64,000 nt of DNA from assembly GCA_963822585.1 (NCBI GenBank), contig CAWGIE010000031.1, forward strand, positions 96,001 through 160,000, written 5' to 3'. The DNA is from an uncultured bacterium (GTDB taxonomy: Bacteria; Auribacterota; Erginobacteria; Erginobacterales; Erginobacteraceae). The notes beneath the pieces are model-generated. The model saw only the letters and a list, made by a program, of their open reading frames with translations. It did not search any database and was not told where the DNA came from. The position numbers and the translations under genes are program-made. Position 1 is the first letter of the stretch. Every line of letters starts with the position of its first letter. Of this stretch, positions 1-10,236 are shown one piece after another.

Positions 1-942
1 CTCCGGGTTACCGGACTCAATCCCGAAGTTAATCTTGGTCAAGCCCGATTCCTTCATAGCATGGAGCATTTCTCGGTCCACGTAGTCGGGCCGAGCCCGG
101 ACGGACCAGTGGACTTTCAAGCCGTGGGCTTGGATCAATTCGCAGGTCTTGAGGATCCTTGAACGCTGGAGGGTAAACGTCTCATCCTGGAATAATATCT
201 CGCGAATGCCATATCGGTTAACGCATTCATCGATCTCCTCCACCACATGTTCGGGGGACCGGGATTGATACCGGCCGGCGGGAACGTCGCAATACGCGCA
301 TTTCAGGGGGCAACCAAGGGCGGAGAGCATGATGGTGATCGGCCATTCCTGGGTCATAACGGTGGTATACCTCTCGTTGGGCAGGAGGTAGCGGGCCATC
401 AGGGGCACATCTTCCAATGTTAGTTTATTCGGTCTCGGCTCCGTGGCCCGGTATTCGCCGTCTTCCCGGTAACAGATACCTCTTATCCGGGAGAGGTCGT
501 CCCGGTTTGAAAGAGTCTGGAGAAGTTCCGGAACCGTTTCCCAGCCGTCACCGATCACACCATAATCGATCTCAGGATAGGAAAACACCTCCCGGGGATA
601 AATACTCATCTGGAGCCCACCGACAATGACGGGAAGGTTGGTCCGCTTTTTGATCCCTCGGATCCAGGCCAGCGAATTGAGGAAGTTCTGGGTGCAGAGG
701 CTGTAGCAAACCGCGAAGGGAGCGAATTCCCGGACCCGTTCGGCGGTCTCTTCCAAACTCAACCCCAGGGCGAAAGCGTCGATAATCCGGACCTGGTAAC
801 CGGCTTTTTCCAGGTAAGCGGCGAGATAGGCGATCGAGGTGTTAGGAAGAACATACGCGCTCGAGGTGTATTGCCGGGCCACCCTCTTGGTGTAGATCTG
901 CTCGGTGACCGCCATCGGTGGGTTGATGAATACGATTCGCAT
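1..942 (-). CDS. B12-binding-domain radical SAM protein (3' end runs off window)
   Basis: Not in ORF track. Manual translation from ATG 942: MRIVFINPPMAVTEQIYTK...YLAAYLEKAGYQVRIIDAF...ALGCPLKCAYCDVP (CxxxCxxC); appears open to base 1; close paralog of 15859-17262. Confidence 0.9.
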   Translation of the reverse strand, partial: MRIVFINPPMAVTEQIYTKRVARQYTSSAYVLPNTSIAYLAAYLEKAGYQVRIIDAFALGLSLEETAERVREFAPFAVCYSLCTQNFLNSLAWIRGIKKRTNLPVIVGGLQMSIYPREVFSYPEIDYGVIGDGWETVPELLQTLSNRDDLSRIRGICYREDGEYRATEPRPNKLTLEDVPLMARYLLPNERYTTVMTQEWPITIMLSALGCPLKCAYCDVPAGRYQSRSPEHVVEEIDECVNRYGIREILFQDETFTLQRSRILKTCELIQAHGLKVHWSVRARPDYVDREMLHAMKESGLTKINFGIESGNPE

Positions 943-1086
943 TTAGGTAATCTCCCGAATTCCGGGGCAAACTCCCCGGACCGGCGTGATAACCAAGACT
1001 TCCCGTAGAATTCGCTTCCCCCCGTCCTGGTGATGGTATAGGGTATATGTTCGCGGATACGCCGCACAACCGAAAAATCAGCAACG

Positions 1087-2463
1087 ATGAAGAAACATCT
1101 ACTGCCCGCTCTCGCCCTGACCGCCGTCGTGTTCTCTCTTAACCTCCCTTCCCTTCGCTACGGCTATCTTCTGGAAGATTACTACTATCTGCGTTCCTAT
1201 ACCCTGGAAGAGATCGCGACCGTCTTCCATTCCCACTGGGAACCGTCAATGCTCGAGACCAAGGGCTACCGGCCCTTTCACGCGGTGCACTACGCCTTCT
1301 TCCACTGGCTGATCGGAGGGGACCCGACCGCCAACCACCTTCTGAACCTCATTCTCCACCTCTGCGGGGTCTTCCTCCTCTACGCTCTCGTCCAGAGATG
1401 TCGCCCGCGGTCCTCCGCCGCCTTCTGGACGGCCCTCATCTACAGCTGCCTGGGAACCACCTCCTGGCAGGTTTCCCAGTTGACCAATCGTCAGCACCTG
1501 CTGCTGGTAATTTTTCTACTGGCATCATTGATTGCCTACCATCGATATCTCTTGAAACAGGCCGGACTGTCCTGGCTCGCCGCTCTGGCCTTCTTCATTT
1601 GCGCTCTCCTGCTCAAGGAAGTGGCGGTGGTATTTCCCCTAATTATCTCCGCTTTCGCCCTGATCGTGGGGCAAAAGACCCTCCGGGGACAGTTCAAGCC
1701 TCTGCTCCCCTTTTTCCTGCTGCTGGTTGTTTTTCTCACCGTCCGTTATGCTGTTCTCCAGCCCCTTCCCAATACCTTTATTCATCCACCGCCGCCGCCC
1801 CATACGCCGGGACGAGCACTCGCGGATTACTCCCACGGCCTCCTGGCCAGCCTTCTGCAGTCCCACGGTATGCGCGATCCCGGAAGTCCCGAATTTCCCG
1901 TCTACGCACGGGGCGTGCGGGATACCAGGAGCGTCGTGGCCCTCTGCTCGCTCGCCGGGCTCCTGATCTTCTCCCTGCCGCTGCTCTTCCGCCGGGGCTC
2001 CACCGCCGGGAGGCGGATATTCTTCTTCGGCCTGGCCCTCCTCCTCATCGCCAACGTTATGGTCGCCGCATGGTACCGGACCAACCGCCTGTTCATCACT
2101 TCTCTGGGGGTGGCGATAATGGACGGGACAGCCATGGCGGCGGCCTTCCAAGCACTGTCTCGCCCGTCCGGGAAGAAGGCGTTCCTGGGAGCCTCGGCGG
2201 CGGTGCTGTTCTTCGCCGTCTACCTGGGCGCGAACCTCCACACATACCTGGAAATTCAGTGGGGACTGAGACCGGATGGTCATATAGCGAAAGTCTGGGA
2301 CCGCTGGCTGATCGAGGAAGATCTCCTGCCCTGGATCCCGGAAGAGCAGATGAATATCTTCGAGTCGCAGTTGCGCAGGACGGGGAAACTCGGATGGACG
2401 GAATCCCTGCCCCGCCGGGGAATGACCGGCCCGAAGGACGAACCCGAAGCTCTTCCAGAATAG
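1087..2463 (+). CDS. Polytopic membrane protein, GT-C (PMT/ArnT-like) glycosyltransferase
   Basis: 458 aa, many TM segments, first-loop acidic LLEDYYYL, YRPF and LLKE motifs typical of GT-C fold. Confidence 0.65.
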   Translation: MKKHLLPALALTAVVFSLNLPSLRYGYLLEDYYYLRSYTLEEIATVFHSHWEPSMLETKGYRPFHAVHYAFFHWLIGGDPTANHLLNLILHLCGVFLLYALVQRCRPRSSAAFWTALIYSCLGTTSWQVSQLTNRQHLLLVIFLLASLIAYHRYLLKQAGLSWLAALAFFICALLLKEVAVVFPLIISAFALIVGQKTLRGQFKPLLPFFLLLVVFLTVRYAVLQPLPNTFIHPPPPPHTPGRALADYSHGLLASLLQSHGMRDPGSPEFPVYARGVRDTRSVVALCSLAGLLIFSLPLLFRRGSTAGRRIFFFGLALLLIANVMVAAWYRTNRLFITSLGVAIMDGTAMAAAFQALSRPSGKKAFLGASAAVLFFAVYLGANLHTYLEIQWGLRPDGHIAKVWDRWLIEEDLLPWIPEEQMNIFESQLRRTGKLGWTESLPRRGMTGPKDEPEALPE

Positions 2464-2687
2464 AGGAGCGGGAAAACTTCTCCGTGCGGCCCGATGTGCA
2501 GATCGGTATAGGGGATGAAACAGCGCGCGTTGCATCGCCAGGTCACCATAATCTCGGAAGAAATCGGCCCGGTTAATGCCCGGCCCAGGCCGGGAGATCA
2601 GGCTGCCCCCAGCAACCGCCCCGGCCAGCGCAGGGCGCGACCCCGCTTGACCTCGTCCCACCAGAGCTTGAGGTATTTCCTCCTCAT
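2464..2687 (-). pseudogene. Internally deleted radical SAM/SPASM gene remnant
   Basis: ATG 2687: MRRKYLKLWW...LLGAA*SPGLGRALTGPISSEIMVTWRCNARC|FIPYTDLHIGPHGEVFP; in-frame TGA at 2598-2600; rSAM N-terminal motif joined directly to a SPASM-like segment. Confidence 0.65.
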
Positions 2688-2704
2688 CGGAGGAATCCAG
2701 CGGT

Positions 2705-3457
2705 TCAGATCGGGCGCGCGGCGGCGCGCAGCCGCTCCAGGGCGCGGCGCAGGGCGGGCAGGTGGAAGAGGATATGGAGAATCACCCCGGGGATCCGGCG
2801 CGGAGGCATCCCCCGCGACTGATTGGGGCGAGCGGTTGCGACCACCGGGACCTCTTGCAGGCGAGCCCCCATCGCCATCATTCTCAGGGTGATCTCGGCG
2901 TTAATCAGGTCGCGGAAGATTAGTTTATCTCCGGCAATCGCCTGGGCCAGACCGCGGCGGTAGAGGCGCAGTCCGCTGTCGATATCGCGAACCGGCAACC
3001 GGAAATATCGGCTGACCAGGTTATTGAAGACCCGGGTCATTAACCGACGATATCTCTGGTCCCGCCGGGAGACCTTCACTGCCACGATCAGATCGGCGCG
3101 GTCGCGGTATGGTTCCAGTTTCCAGAAATCTTCCGGGTTGAACTTCCCGCCGGTATCGCTGAAGAGCACCCATTCGCGGCCGGGAAGTTTCAGGGCGTCG
3201 AGCAGCGCCTGCTTGTAACCCTTTCGCTCTTTCCCCTGGACCAGACGGATAGGGAGGCGGACGGTCAGGGCCCGGAGGATCTCGCTGGTGCCGTCGGTGC
3301 TCCCATCCTCGGCCACGATCAGTTCTGAACCGGGGAGTTTCTCCACCACCTCGCGGTAAAATCCCTCCACCTCTTTCTCGATCACTTCCGCCTCGTTATA
3401 GGCGATCAGAATCACCGAAACCGGAGTTGGGGAGGACTTATCTTCGTAAGGATCCAT
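2705..3457 (-). CDS. GT2 glycosyltransferase, polyprenol-phosphate glycosyltransferase (DPM1-like)
   Basis: VILIAYNE, EDGSTDGT, DIDSGLRLYRR, EVPV motifs. Confidence 0.85.
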   Translation of the reverse strand: MDPYEDKSSPTPVSVILIAYNEAEVIEKEVEGFYREVVEKLPGSELIVAEDGSTDGTSEILRALTVRLPIRLVQGKERKGYKQALLDALKLPGREWVLFSDTGGKFNPEDFWKLEPYRDRADLIVAVKVSRRDQRYRRLMTRVFNNLVSRYFRLPVRDIDSGLRLYRRGLAQAIAGDKLIFRDLINAEITLRMMAMGARLQEVPVVATARPNQSRGMPPRRIPGVILHILFHLPALRRALERLRAAARPI

Positions 3458-3550
3458 CGAATATTTTTAACCAACAATAATAAGCCAAAGCGGTCAGGCT
3501 AATTTAGGGTTAAGCTTCGCAAGAGTATCTTAATAACCGAAATATTTTTC

Positions 3551-4948
3551 TCAGCGATTTACCAGATAAAGATGAATAAACTCTTCCAGTTTGATGATGA
3601 CCTCATCGAAGGTGCGAATCTTGACCAGACGTTTAAACCAATATCCGGGGCGGCCGAAGAAACGGCGAACGCATTTTAGCCGGTTCTCCGCATGTTCTAC
3701 CATGCTCTTCCGTGCGGCGGTGGTATCGTATCCCCATGCCCCTCTCTCAAGCCGGCCGGCATTGAGCGTCTTTTGCCGTTCCCGCGAACCCAGCATGGGA
3801 ATATAAATATTGAAAGAAGCATAATCGAGCCGTAAAGCGATGGCAAAGTCGGCGATCAGCTTCCAGTCCTGCGGCGAATCGTCCAGGCCCATGATGAAAT
3901 CGCCGCAGACGTCCATCCCCAGGCGGTGGCACTTTCGCACGAATTCGCTGATCTCCGAAGTGCTGATTTTCCGGTTAAATATGACCAGGTTTTCCGGGTG
4001 GCTGCTCTCCACACCGACGATCACTGTATGGCAACCGCAGGCTGCCATCCGTTCCAGTAACTTGTCCGGCACATTTTTGGGGGTCATATAACAGTGCCAG
4101 CTGAAGCGAAGACCGCCTTCATCCATCCCGTCTAATATCTCCCGGCCGAGCTGAGGCGGCATCCCGAACGTGGCATCCCCGAAGAAGATTTCTTTCACCT
4201 TCAGCTTCTTCAGGTAGGCAAGCTCGCGAAGTACACTCCCGGCACTCCGGTAGGCGAAGGGAAGATACGGAGAGGAGTAGGAGCAATATGAACAGTTGAA
4301 CGGGCAGCTCCAGTTGGCATTTACGATCGTGGCGCTTCTGTACTTGTCGAACGGAGAGCGCTGGCGCCGGTTGAGAAAAATTTCGTGACGGGGGATCGGA
4401 AGATCCACCGGCGACTTGACGGTAACCGGCGGAAGAGCGGATTCCCCTCGCTCCAGACATTGGAGAAGGGAAGTGCTCAGTGAGCGACCGCTCTCGAAAT
4501 AGGCGCCCAGGGCGGGGTCGAAAGGGTGTCGGATGATGGTAACCTCATTGGATAGCGCCTGTTCCACAAATTCCCGTTCCTGAAAGATATCCCCCAGGAC
4601 CGCGATCCGGAGTTTCGGGAACCGGTGACGCAGGAACCAGAGCGTCGCGAGGTCCTCCCCCCAGACGATCGAGGACATGGACATGACCAGAGCGTTAACC
4701 CGTTCCCGCTCGATAAACGCGCAGATGGCATCAGGTGTGCTCCGATGGATAAAGCTGTCTATGTAGCTGACTTTGGCCGTGGGAGGCACCCAGGAACTGA
4801 GCAGAATGAAGTCAAACGGCTTCCAGACGTAAATCGCCTTGGAAAGCCAGTTGCAGACGATCCCCCGATACACCGTCCGCTCGGCGGGAGGGTTGAGAAA
4901 CAGCAGGTGCCGGGACGGGAAATTCTCCTTTCCGGGATGTTCGTTCAT
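3551..4948 (-). CDS. B12-binding-type radical SAM protein
   Basis: LFLNPP N-terminus, CPFNCSYC, FFGDATF, GVES. Confidence 0.85.
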   Translation of the reverse strand: MNEHPGKENFPSRHLLFLNPPAERTVYRGIVCNWLSKAIYVWKPFDFILLSSWVPPTAKVSYIDSFIHRSTPDAICAFIERERVNALVMSMSSIVWGEDLATLWFLRHRFPKLRIAVLGDIFQEREFVEQALSNEVTIIRHPFDPALGAYFESGRSLSTSLLQCLERGESALPPVTVKSPVDLPIPRHEIFLNRRQRSPFDKYRSATIVNANWSCPFNCSYCSYSSPYLPFAYRSAGSVLRELAYLKKLKVKEIFFGDATFGMPPQLGREILDGMDEGGLRFSWHCYMTPKNVPDKLLERMAACGCHTVIVGVESSHPENLVIFNRKISTSEISEFVRKCHRLGMDVCGDFIMGLDDSPQDWKLIADFAIALRLDYASFNIYIPMLGSRERQKTLNAGRLERGAWGYDTTAARKSMVEHAENRLKCVRRFFGRPGYWFKRLVKIRTFDEVIIKLEEFIHLYLVNR

Positions 4949-4952
4949 GGGG

Positions 4953-6350
4953 TCAGGAATGAAGCAGGGCGAATGCGCTCCTTAAGTCGCTCAGGAGCCT
5001 TTTCTCCCGCAGACTTTTTGCTACCCGTTTGAGAATGTATGAAAACCTGAAATAATACCTCTTGTTGTATTTTTTATACAGAGCATATATTGTCGAAGAC
5101 GGCATCCGGTCGTGGCTATAGAGGAGGGCCGGATCCGTGGCGAAGTTAAAAAGATCCCAGTCCCGACTTAAAAGCCTGCCCTCGGCATCCAGCGCCGCAA
5201 ACAACCTGGTCCCGGGAAGGGGGATGGTGATCGCAAACTTGACGTAATCCGCCCGGAGCTTTCTGGCGAACGCAAATGACCGGGCCGCGTCCCTCTCCGA
5301 CTCGGTCGGTAACCCGATCATGAAATTACACTCCGTTTCCAGACCCGCCTCAGCCGCCCATCGAACCGCCTGCTCGACCGCCTCCAGTGAAAGTCGTTTC
5401 CCGACCACATCAAGAACCCGTTGCGACCCGCTCTCCACGCCAAAGGGGACCTTATAGCATCCTGTCTTCTTCATCATTCGAAACATCTCGGGACTGGCCC
5501 GGTCGGCCCTGATTCCTCCGTTCGGGTACCAGGTAAACTCCAGACCCCGGCGCAGGATCTCCTCGCACATCTCGATCACCCTATCGGGAAGGGTGGAGAA
5601 CCCGTCGTCCACGATATGGATCTCGCGGAAACCTTCCCGGAGAAGAAACTCCATCTCGTCCACGACCCTGGCCGGCGACTTGGCCAGATATCTATGGCCG
5701 AAGATTTTCTTGTTGCAGAACACGCAGTCGGCAAAACAACCCCGGCTCGACTCCATGTTGGCGACCGGATTTCTCCGGGACGTGAGCTGGGAATGTACAT
5801 ACTTGGGGATATCATCCGGGTTATATCGGGGATAGGGAAGATCGTCCAGATTTCGCACTTCGGGCGCCGATACGGTCCCTTCACGAATGGTCCCATCCGC
5901 TCGCGTCCACAGCCCCCGATAATCAACACGACCGGCGAGGAGCTCCGGAAAAAGAACGTCGCCCGGGCCGGATACGACATAATCGAGACCACTCTCACGG
6001 ATCGTCTCCTCCGGTAGGGCGGTCGGATGAGGACCGCCCGCGGCCAGCAAGACGTTGTTCCCCATGGTCCGCAAGGCGGTGGCGGATCGTCTCACCGACG
6101 AAAAGAGCGGGGTGGTCATGGTAAAACCGATCAGTTCGGGTTTGAACCGGCCAACCGCTATCAGCAGATCCGGGACCGAGCAGTTGTTGACGTTCATATC
6201 GAATACTTCCGTCTCATGGCCGAACCGAGCGGCGATAGCGGCCAAAAGGGCGAGGCCCAAGGGGGACGTTCCGCGGTTAATGGCCATTTTAATCAGAGAG
6301 CGCCCGTAAACCCGTTCGTAATAATTAGGATTGACCAGCAGAATCTTCAT
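4953..6350 (-). CDS. B12-binding radical SAM protein (class B methylase-like)
   Basis: MKILLVNP, PLGLALLAA, GGPHPT, SRGCFADCVFC, GVESGS. Confidence 0.9.
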   Translation of the reverse strand: MKILLVNPNYYERVYGRSLIKMAINRGTSPLGLALLAAIAARFGHETEVFDMNVNNCSVPDLLIAVGRFKPELIGFTMTTPLFSSVRRSATALRTMGNNVLLAAGGPHPTALPEETIRESGLDYVVSGPGDVLFPELLAGRVDYRGLWTRADGTIREGTVSAPEVRNLDDLPYPRYNPDDIPKYVHSQLTSRRNPVANMESSRGCFADCVFCNKKIFGHRYLAKSPARVVDEMEFLLREGFREIHIVDDGFSTLPDRVIEMCEEILRRGLEFTWYPNGGIRADRASPEMFRMMKKTGCYKVPFGVESGSQRVLDVVGKRLSLEAVEQAVRWAAEAGLETECNFMIGLPTESERDAARSFAFARKLRADYVKFAITIPLPGTRLFAALDAEGRLLSRDWDLFNFATDPALLYSHDRMPSSTIYALYKKYNKRYYFRFSYILKRVAKSLREKRLLSDLRSAFALLHS

Positions 6351-6358
6351 TGTTCGTT

Positions 6359-7960
6359 CTATCTCAATTTTAAAACTAATAGCTTTGCATCAATAAGGTC
6401 TTTTCTGATTCCTATTGTCCTTTCAGAAATCTCAATAAACATATATCTATTCTCGTTATCATTCACATATTTCACTATTTCATCCTGCCATCTGTTGGGA
6501 ACATTTTCAGGGTACATACTTATCAACGCCGGACACTTATTTGTTAGTACGGATATAATATGGTTGGCCGAAAATATTTCTCCCCTCTCATCGTTAGGAT
6601 ATACCTGAAGCCACGCCTGCTCGAACCCCGGCGGATTCCCCCAGGCCTCGTCAAACATTAAGTAACTGACATGCCTGCGAGTCCATGGGAACGCTACCGA
6701 TAATACTTTTTCGTTTCTAGGAATTATCTCTGTCAATGCCGTCTCAATCGCGAGGTCCCGGTCCAAGGAACAATCTCTACCCATAAAACTATAGGAATTT
6801 TTATTCCTATGCAAATCAAGGGCGATAGCAGCCACGCTGACAACAATCAAGAGTACCGGGAAAGCTATTTTCAGCGCTTTTTTGCATTCTCCGTATATTC
6901 GCGATACTACTAAACCCATTGGGATTACCGAAGCTACTATGCCGGGCACTAAATACTGACGGAATGGCATACTGGCCATAATCCATGATAATGATGCCCC
7001 CGAGAGCACCGCCAGCGATACTATCAGGGAACGGTCCCATTTCTTGCGAAAACATTGGATGACGTATGCCAGCGCGGTGAAACCCCATAGTATAATCACG
7101 TGAGGATACCTGATCGCGTAAGGATACAATAATTTTTCCACGGGACTGTTCCCGGTGGCCTTTACATATTGCCAGAAACGCATATTCAGAACAGCGGATT
7201 GGCGAATATCAGCCGGCAGATTCGTGCCCGCTATTTGGCACAACAGTTGCCCGAATACAAGGGCCGTACCTATCCCCGCCAATATATACACCGCACCGAG
7301 GCGGGCTTTATGTTTGGAAAGATAATTTGATACGCAGACGGCAATAAGCACTAATCCTAGGATAATAATGTACTTCGGATTAATAAGAATAGAAGCACCG
7401 GCGGTAAAACCGACCAGCAGATTTGTTGTCATTTTATTCGATGTATACGCAGCCGTTATGCTCAGTACGGCCAAAACCGCTGACAGTCCATCGGAGCGAG
7501 CTTCTGAAAAAATACTCAATACACTGACGGAGGTTACTGCCACGAGAAATGTAACCGCGGCGATCATTGCATTCCGCAGTAGTTTTCTGGCCACGTAAAT
7601 GGCGGAGATCCCGATCAACAACAGGCAAAATATCGACAGCTCCCTCAGTAGAAGAATACTGATCGGCTTATCTATAATCAATGCCCGAAGCGGCCAAAAG
7701 AGCACATAGAAAGCCGCCGGATAGGGACAGAAGAAGTCGTGATGCGGTCTCAGTCCTAAAAGGCACATTTGCAGGAAGTGCATATTCAGCCGCTCATCGT
7801 AAAAGATGCACCTCGGCAAGAATATACCAAGCGCAATCCCCACAGGCACAGCTATGCTCACGAATAGCATAACTTTATCCAATACAGATGCCGTTGCCGG
7901 AACTTGCTGCACTGAGCTACGGCTCGGCGCCGTCAGAGAATTATTTTTCCTCTTATCCAT
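6359..7960 (-). CDS. Polytopic membrane protein, putative GT-C glycosyltransferase (AT-richer than neighbours)
   Basis: 533 aa, multiple TM helices, FYDE loop, EARSD and NPKY motifs. Confidence 0.55.
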   Translation of the reverse strand: MDKRKNNSLTAPSRSSVQQVPATASVLDKVMLFVSIAVPVGIALGIFLPRCIFYDERLNMHFLQMCLLGLRPHHDFFCPYPAAFYVLFWPLRALIIDKPISILLLRELSIFCLLLIGISAIYVARKLLRNAMIAAVTFLVAVTSVSVLSIFSEARSDGLSAVLAVLSITAAYTSNKMTTNLLVGFTAGASILINPKYIIILGLVLIAVCVSNYLSKHKARLGAVYILAGIGTALVFGQLLCQIAGTNLPADIRQSAVLNMRFWQYVKATGNSPVEKLLYPYAIRYPHVIILWGFTALAYVIQCFRKKWDRSLIVSLAVLSGASLSWIMASMPFRQYLVPGIVASVIPMGLVVSRIYGECKKALKIAFPVLLIVVSVAAIALDLHRNKNSYSFMGRDCSLDRDLAIETALTEIIPRNEKVLSVAFPWTRRHVSYLMFDEAWGNPPGFEQAWLQVYPNDERGEIFSANHIISVLTNKCPALISMYPENVPNRWQDEIVKYVNDNENRYMFIEISERTIGIRKDLIDAKLLVLKLR

Positions 7961-7983
7961 AAAAAAACCCGCTGGGCGGCGGG
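7961..7983 (-). terminator. Possible intrinsic terminator downstream of transaldolase
   Basis: Minus strand CCCGC-CGCCCA-GCGGG followed by T7; stem only 5 bp. Confidence 0.35.
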
Positions 7984-8044
7984 AGAATTAACGATTCCAT
8001 TAGCCCTGATTTTGCCAACCTGAACCATCCTGTGGACGAATCGA

Positions 8045-8728
8045 TTACAGCTTACCCTCGCAACTGGCGTCCCGGAGAAATGTCCGGACTGTCTCCCTGG
8101 AATAGGGATGGAGGGGCATCTTCGCCAGCAGGGCCGGGGTGACGGTCACGAAATGCGCCCCCGCCTCCAGCCAGTCCGCCACGTTGGCGACTTCCCGGGT
8201 CGAGCCGACGATTATCTTCGCCTTCAACTCCAAGTCGTCGATCAGCCCCCGTAGCCGGGAGATCTCCCCTCCGGCGTCGTGGCCCATATCACTGATCCGC
8301 CCCCCGAAGAGAGAGACATAACTGGCCCCGGCCAGGGCCGCCAGTAGGCCCTGCTGGGCGCTCATCATCGCGGTAACGTTAACAGCCACCCCGTCCTCGG
8401 TCTCCAGGCGGTGGGTAATCTCCAGGTTGACGAGTTCCCCCTCCGGGCCGTGAATCGGGATCTTGACATTGATATTCTCGGCCCAGCCGGCGAACTGGCG
8501 GGCCTGGGCCAGCATCTCTTCCGGCTCGTTGCTGGTGACCTCTACCGAGAGCGGATAGGGCTTGATGATTTCCGCGATCTCCACCTGGCGGACTTTGAGT
8601 TCCTCCAGCCCCCCCCGGAATCCTTCCCGATGCAGGATGGTGGGGTTAGTGGTGACCCCCCGGATGATCCCCATCTTCACGAACCTGCGGATCTCTCCAA
8701 CATCACCCGAATCTAAAAATATAGCCAT
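8045..8728 (-). CDS. Transaldolase / fructose-6-phosphate aldolase family (TalC/MipB)
   Basis: IFLDS, GVTTNPTI, VKIP (Schiff-base Lys), NVT, GASYVS motifs; 227 aa. Confidence 0.9.
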   Translation of the reverse strand: MAIFLDSGDVGEIRRFVKMGIIRGVTTNPTILHREGFRGGLEELKVRQVEIAEIIKPYPLSVEVTSNEPEEMLAQARQFAGWAENINVKIPIHGPEGELVNLEITHRLETEDGVAVNVTAMMSAQQGLLAALAGASYVSLFGGRISDMGHDAGGEISRLRGLIDDLELKAKIIVGSTREVANVADWLEAGAHFVTVTPALLAKMPLHPYSRETVRTFLRDASCEGKL

Positions 8729-8934
8729 GGGAAACCTCTTTTATTTGTAGACAAATAAATATTGCGATCCCCTCCCTCAGCCTCTTTTTTAACAGACGAT
8801 TGAATGTGATTGGATAGGATTTATTTTGCCCGAAGCAAAGCGGAAATATCGGATATTTAAGCGGAATGCTTTGTTTCATCAACCTATTTTAACCCCAGCA
8901 AACCGGGGCACGCAGATAAATTGGCTTACAGATA

Positions 8935-9165
8935 TTATTTACTTTCCATGTATAATATATCTGGACAGATATCTTGCCCATGAGGCCAGGATATTGTCCC
9001 CATAAAAGGCTTGGCTTGTTTAAAATACGATATCTCTTTCAATTCATTAAACACGCCAAAATCAAGATAAAGACTCATATCGAATTTTCTCTTTTCTCCG
9101 TTTTTAAATTCGACAGTTAAAGTAAAATCATTATTCGCAATCACATTTTTTACTCTTGGATACAT
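8935..9165 (-). CDS. DUF2442-family protein (antitoxin-like)
   Basis: MYPRVKNV...LTVEFKNGEKRKFD...TISWPHGQDICPDILY. Confidence 0.8.
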   Translation of the reverse strand: MYPRVKNVIANNDFTLTVEFKNGEKRKFDMSLYLDFGVFNELKEISYFKQAKPFMGTISWPHGQDICPDILYMESK

Positions 9166-9170
9166 TCTAA

Positions 9171-9432
9171 TCACCGTAATGGTTCTACAGGGAAAGGATG
9201 TTCCCCGCTCACTGCTAATTCCCAATCGGCCATTAAATCCTCTTTATGTATTTCAATCCATGCCTGAATAAGTTTTAATTTATTTGATTTCATTTCCCCT
9301 TCAAGTAACTCGCCTTCAGGGATAGAAATAACCGCTTCTTGATCTTGATATTTAACATGGAGATGTGGTCTCTTATGCTTTTTATTATCGATGAAATACA
9401 TTAATACCATAAAACATACTAATTACCGGCAT
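9171..9432 (-). pseudogene. DUF4160-family protein (toxin-like), frameshifted near N-terminus
   Basis: AGGAGG + ATG 9432 gives MPVISMFYGINVFHR*; body MYFIDNKKHKRPHLHVKY...WIEIHKEDLMADW is in another frame (ORF 9171-9410). Confidence 0.7.
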
Positions 9433-9509
9433 GATTTCCTCCTACTATTTTTCTTTTCATTGTGCTGATGTCGCATCATTACCTTCTTCATTTTGATTTC
9501 GTCATTAAG

Positions 9510-10115
9510 TCATTTATCTGCTCCCTCGGATTCCCATTTCATCTCTGCCACTTTCATCTCCGGATGGGAGACGATCAGATGGGTGATGACCGACTGGAAG
9601 GCCTCGGTATGGGGAGTGACGCTATCCGGGTTCACCATAGGAACAATAACACAGGCATCGGCTACCCGGGCCGTATACCCCCCTTCCCTCCCGACAACCC
9701 CGAAGATCTTCGCGCCGACCCCGCGGGCATACTTGAGTGCATTCACGATATTCACGCTGATCTTCTTCTTTTCATCGCCGCCCCCGACCGAGTAGACAAA
9801 GACACCGTCAGCCGGGTCAAGCCGGCTCCCTTTCAGCCAGGCCGAAAAAGTGGTCTCCCACCCGTCATCGTTAATCCGGGCGGTCAGCTCGGAGACGTTG
9901 TCGGCCGGGCTGTACGCTTCGATACCGGCGATCTTCCTGAAGTCATTCACGGCGTGAGAAGCCATCCCGGCACCGCCGCCCACGCCCAGGAGAAATAACC
10001 GGCCGCGCCTGTCCCGGAGTTCACACAGACCCCGGATTATTTCCTTGATCGCGGCCGGGTCGAGAAGATCCATTATCTCTTTCGTTTCCTCAAGGTATTT
10101 TTCAGTGTAGTTCAT
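9510..10115 (-). CDS. gmhA: SIS-domain phosphosugar isomerase (sedoheptulose-7-P isomerase-like)
   Basis: LGVGGGAGMASHAVNDF, ELTARINDDGW, SVGGG, TPHTEAFQ. Confidence 0.8.
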   Translation of the reverse strand: MNYTEKYLEETKEIMDLLDPAAIKEIIRGLCELRDRRGRLFLLGVGGGAGMASHAVNDFRKIAGIEAYSPADNVSELTARINDDGWETTFSAWLKGSRLDPADGVFVYSVGGGDEKKKISVNIVNALKYARGVGAKIFGVVGREGGYTARVADACVIVPMVNPDSVTPHTEAFQSVITHLIVSHPEMKVAEMKWESEGADK

Positions 10116-10236
10116 TACATTCTTTAGGGCTTCTGAGATATCATTTATTCGACGATTACCATCCACATCCCGATTCGACGGCGCTGTTTTGAATTCTGTA
10201 GCCAGGGTCGATGACCTTGGCTCTGGTAATTGTGTA

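Noticed and set aside
2598..2600. TGA as selenocysteine or recoded stop
   Set aside because: Non-catalytic position in a clearly deleted remnant; TGA ends many intact genes here
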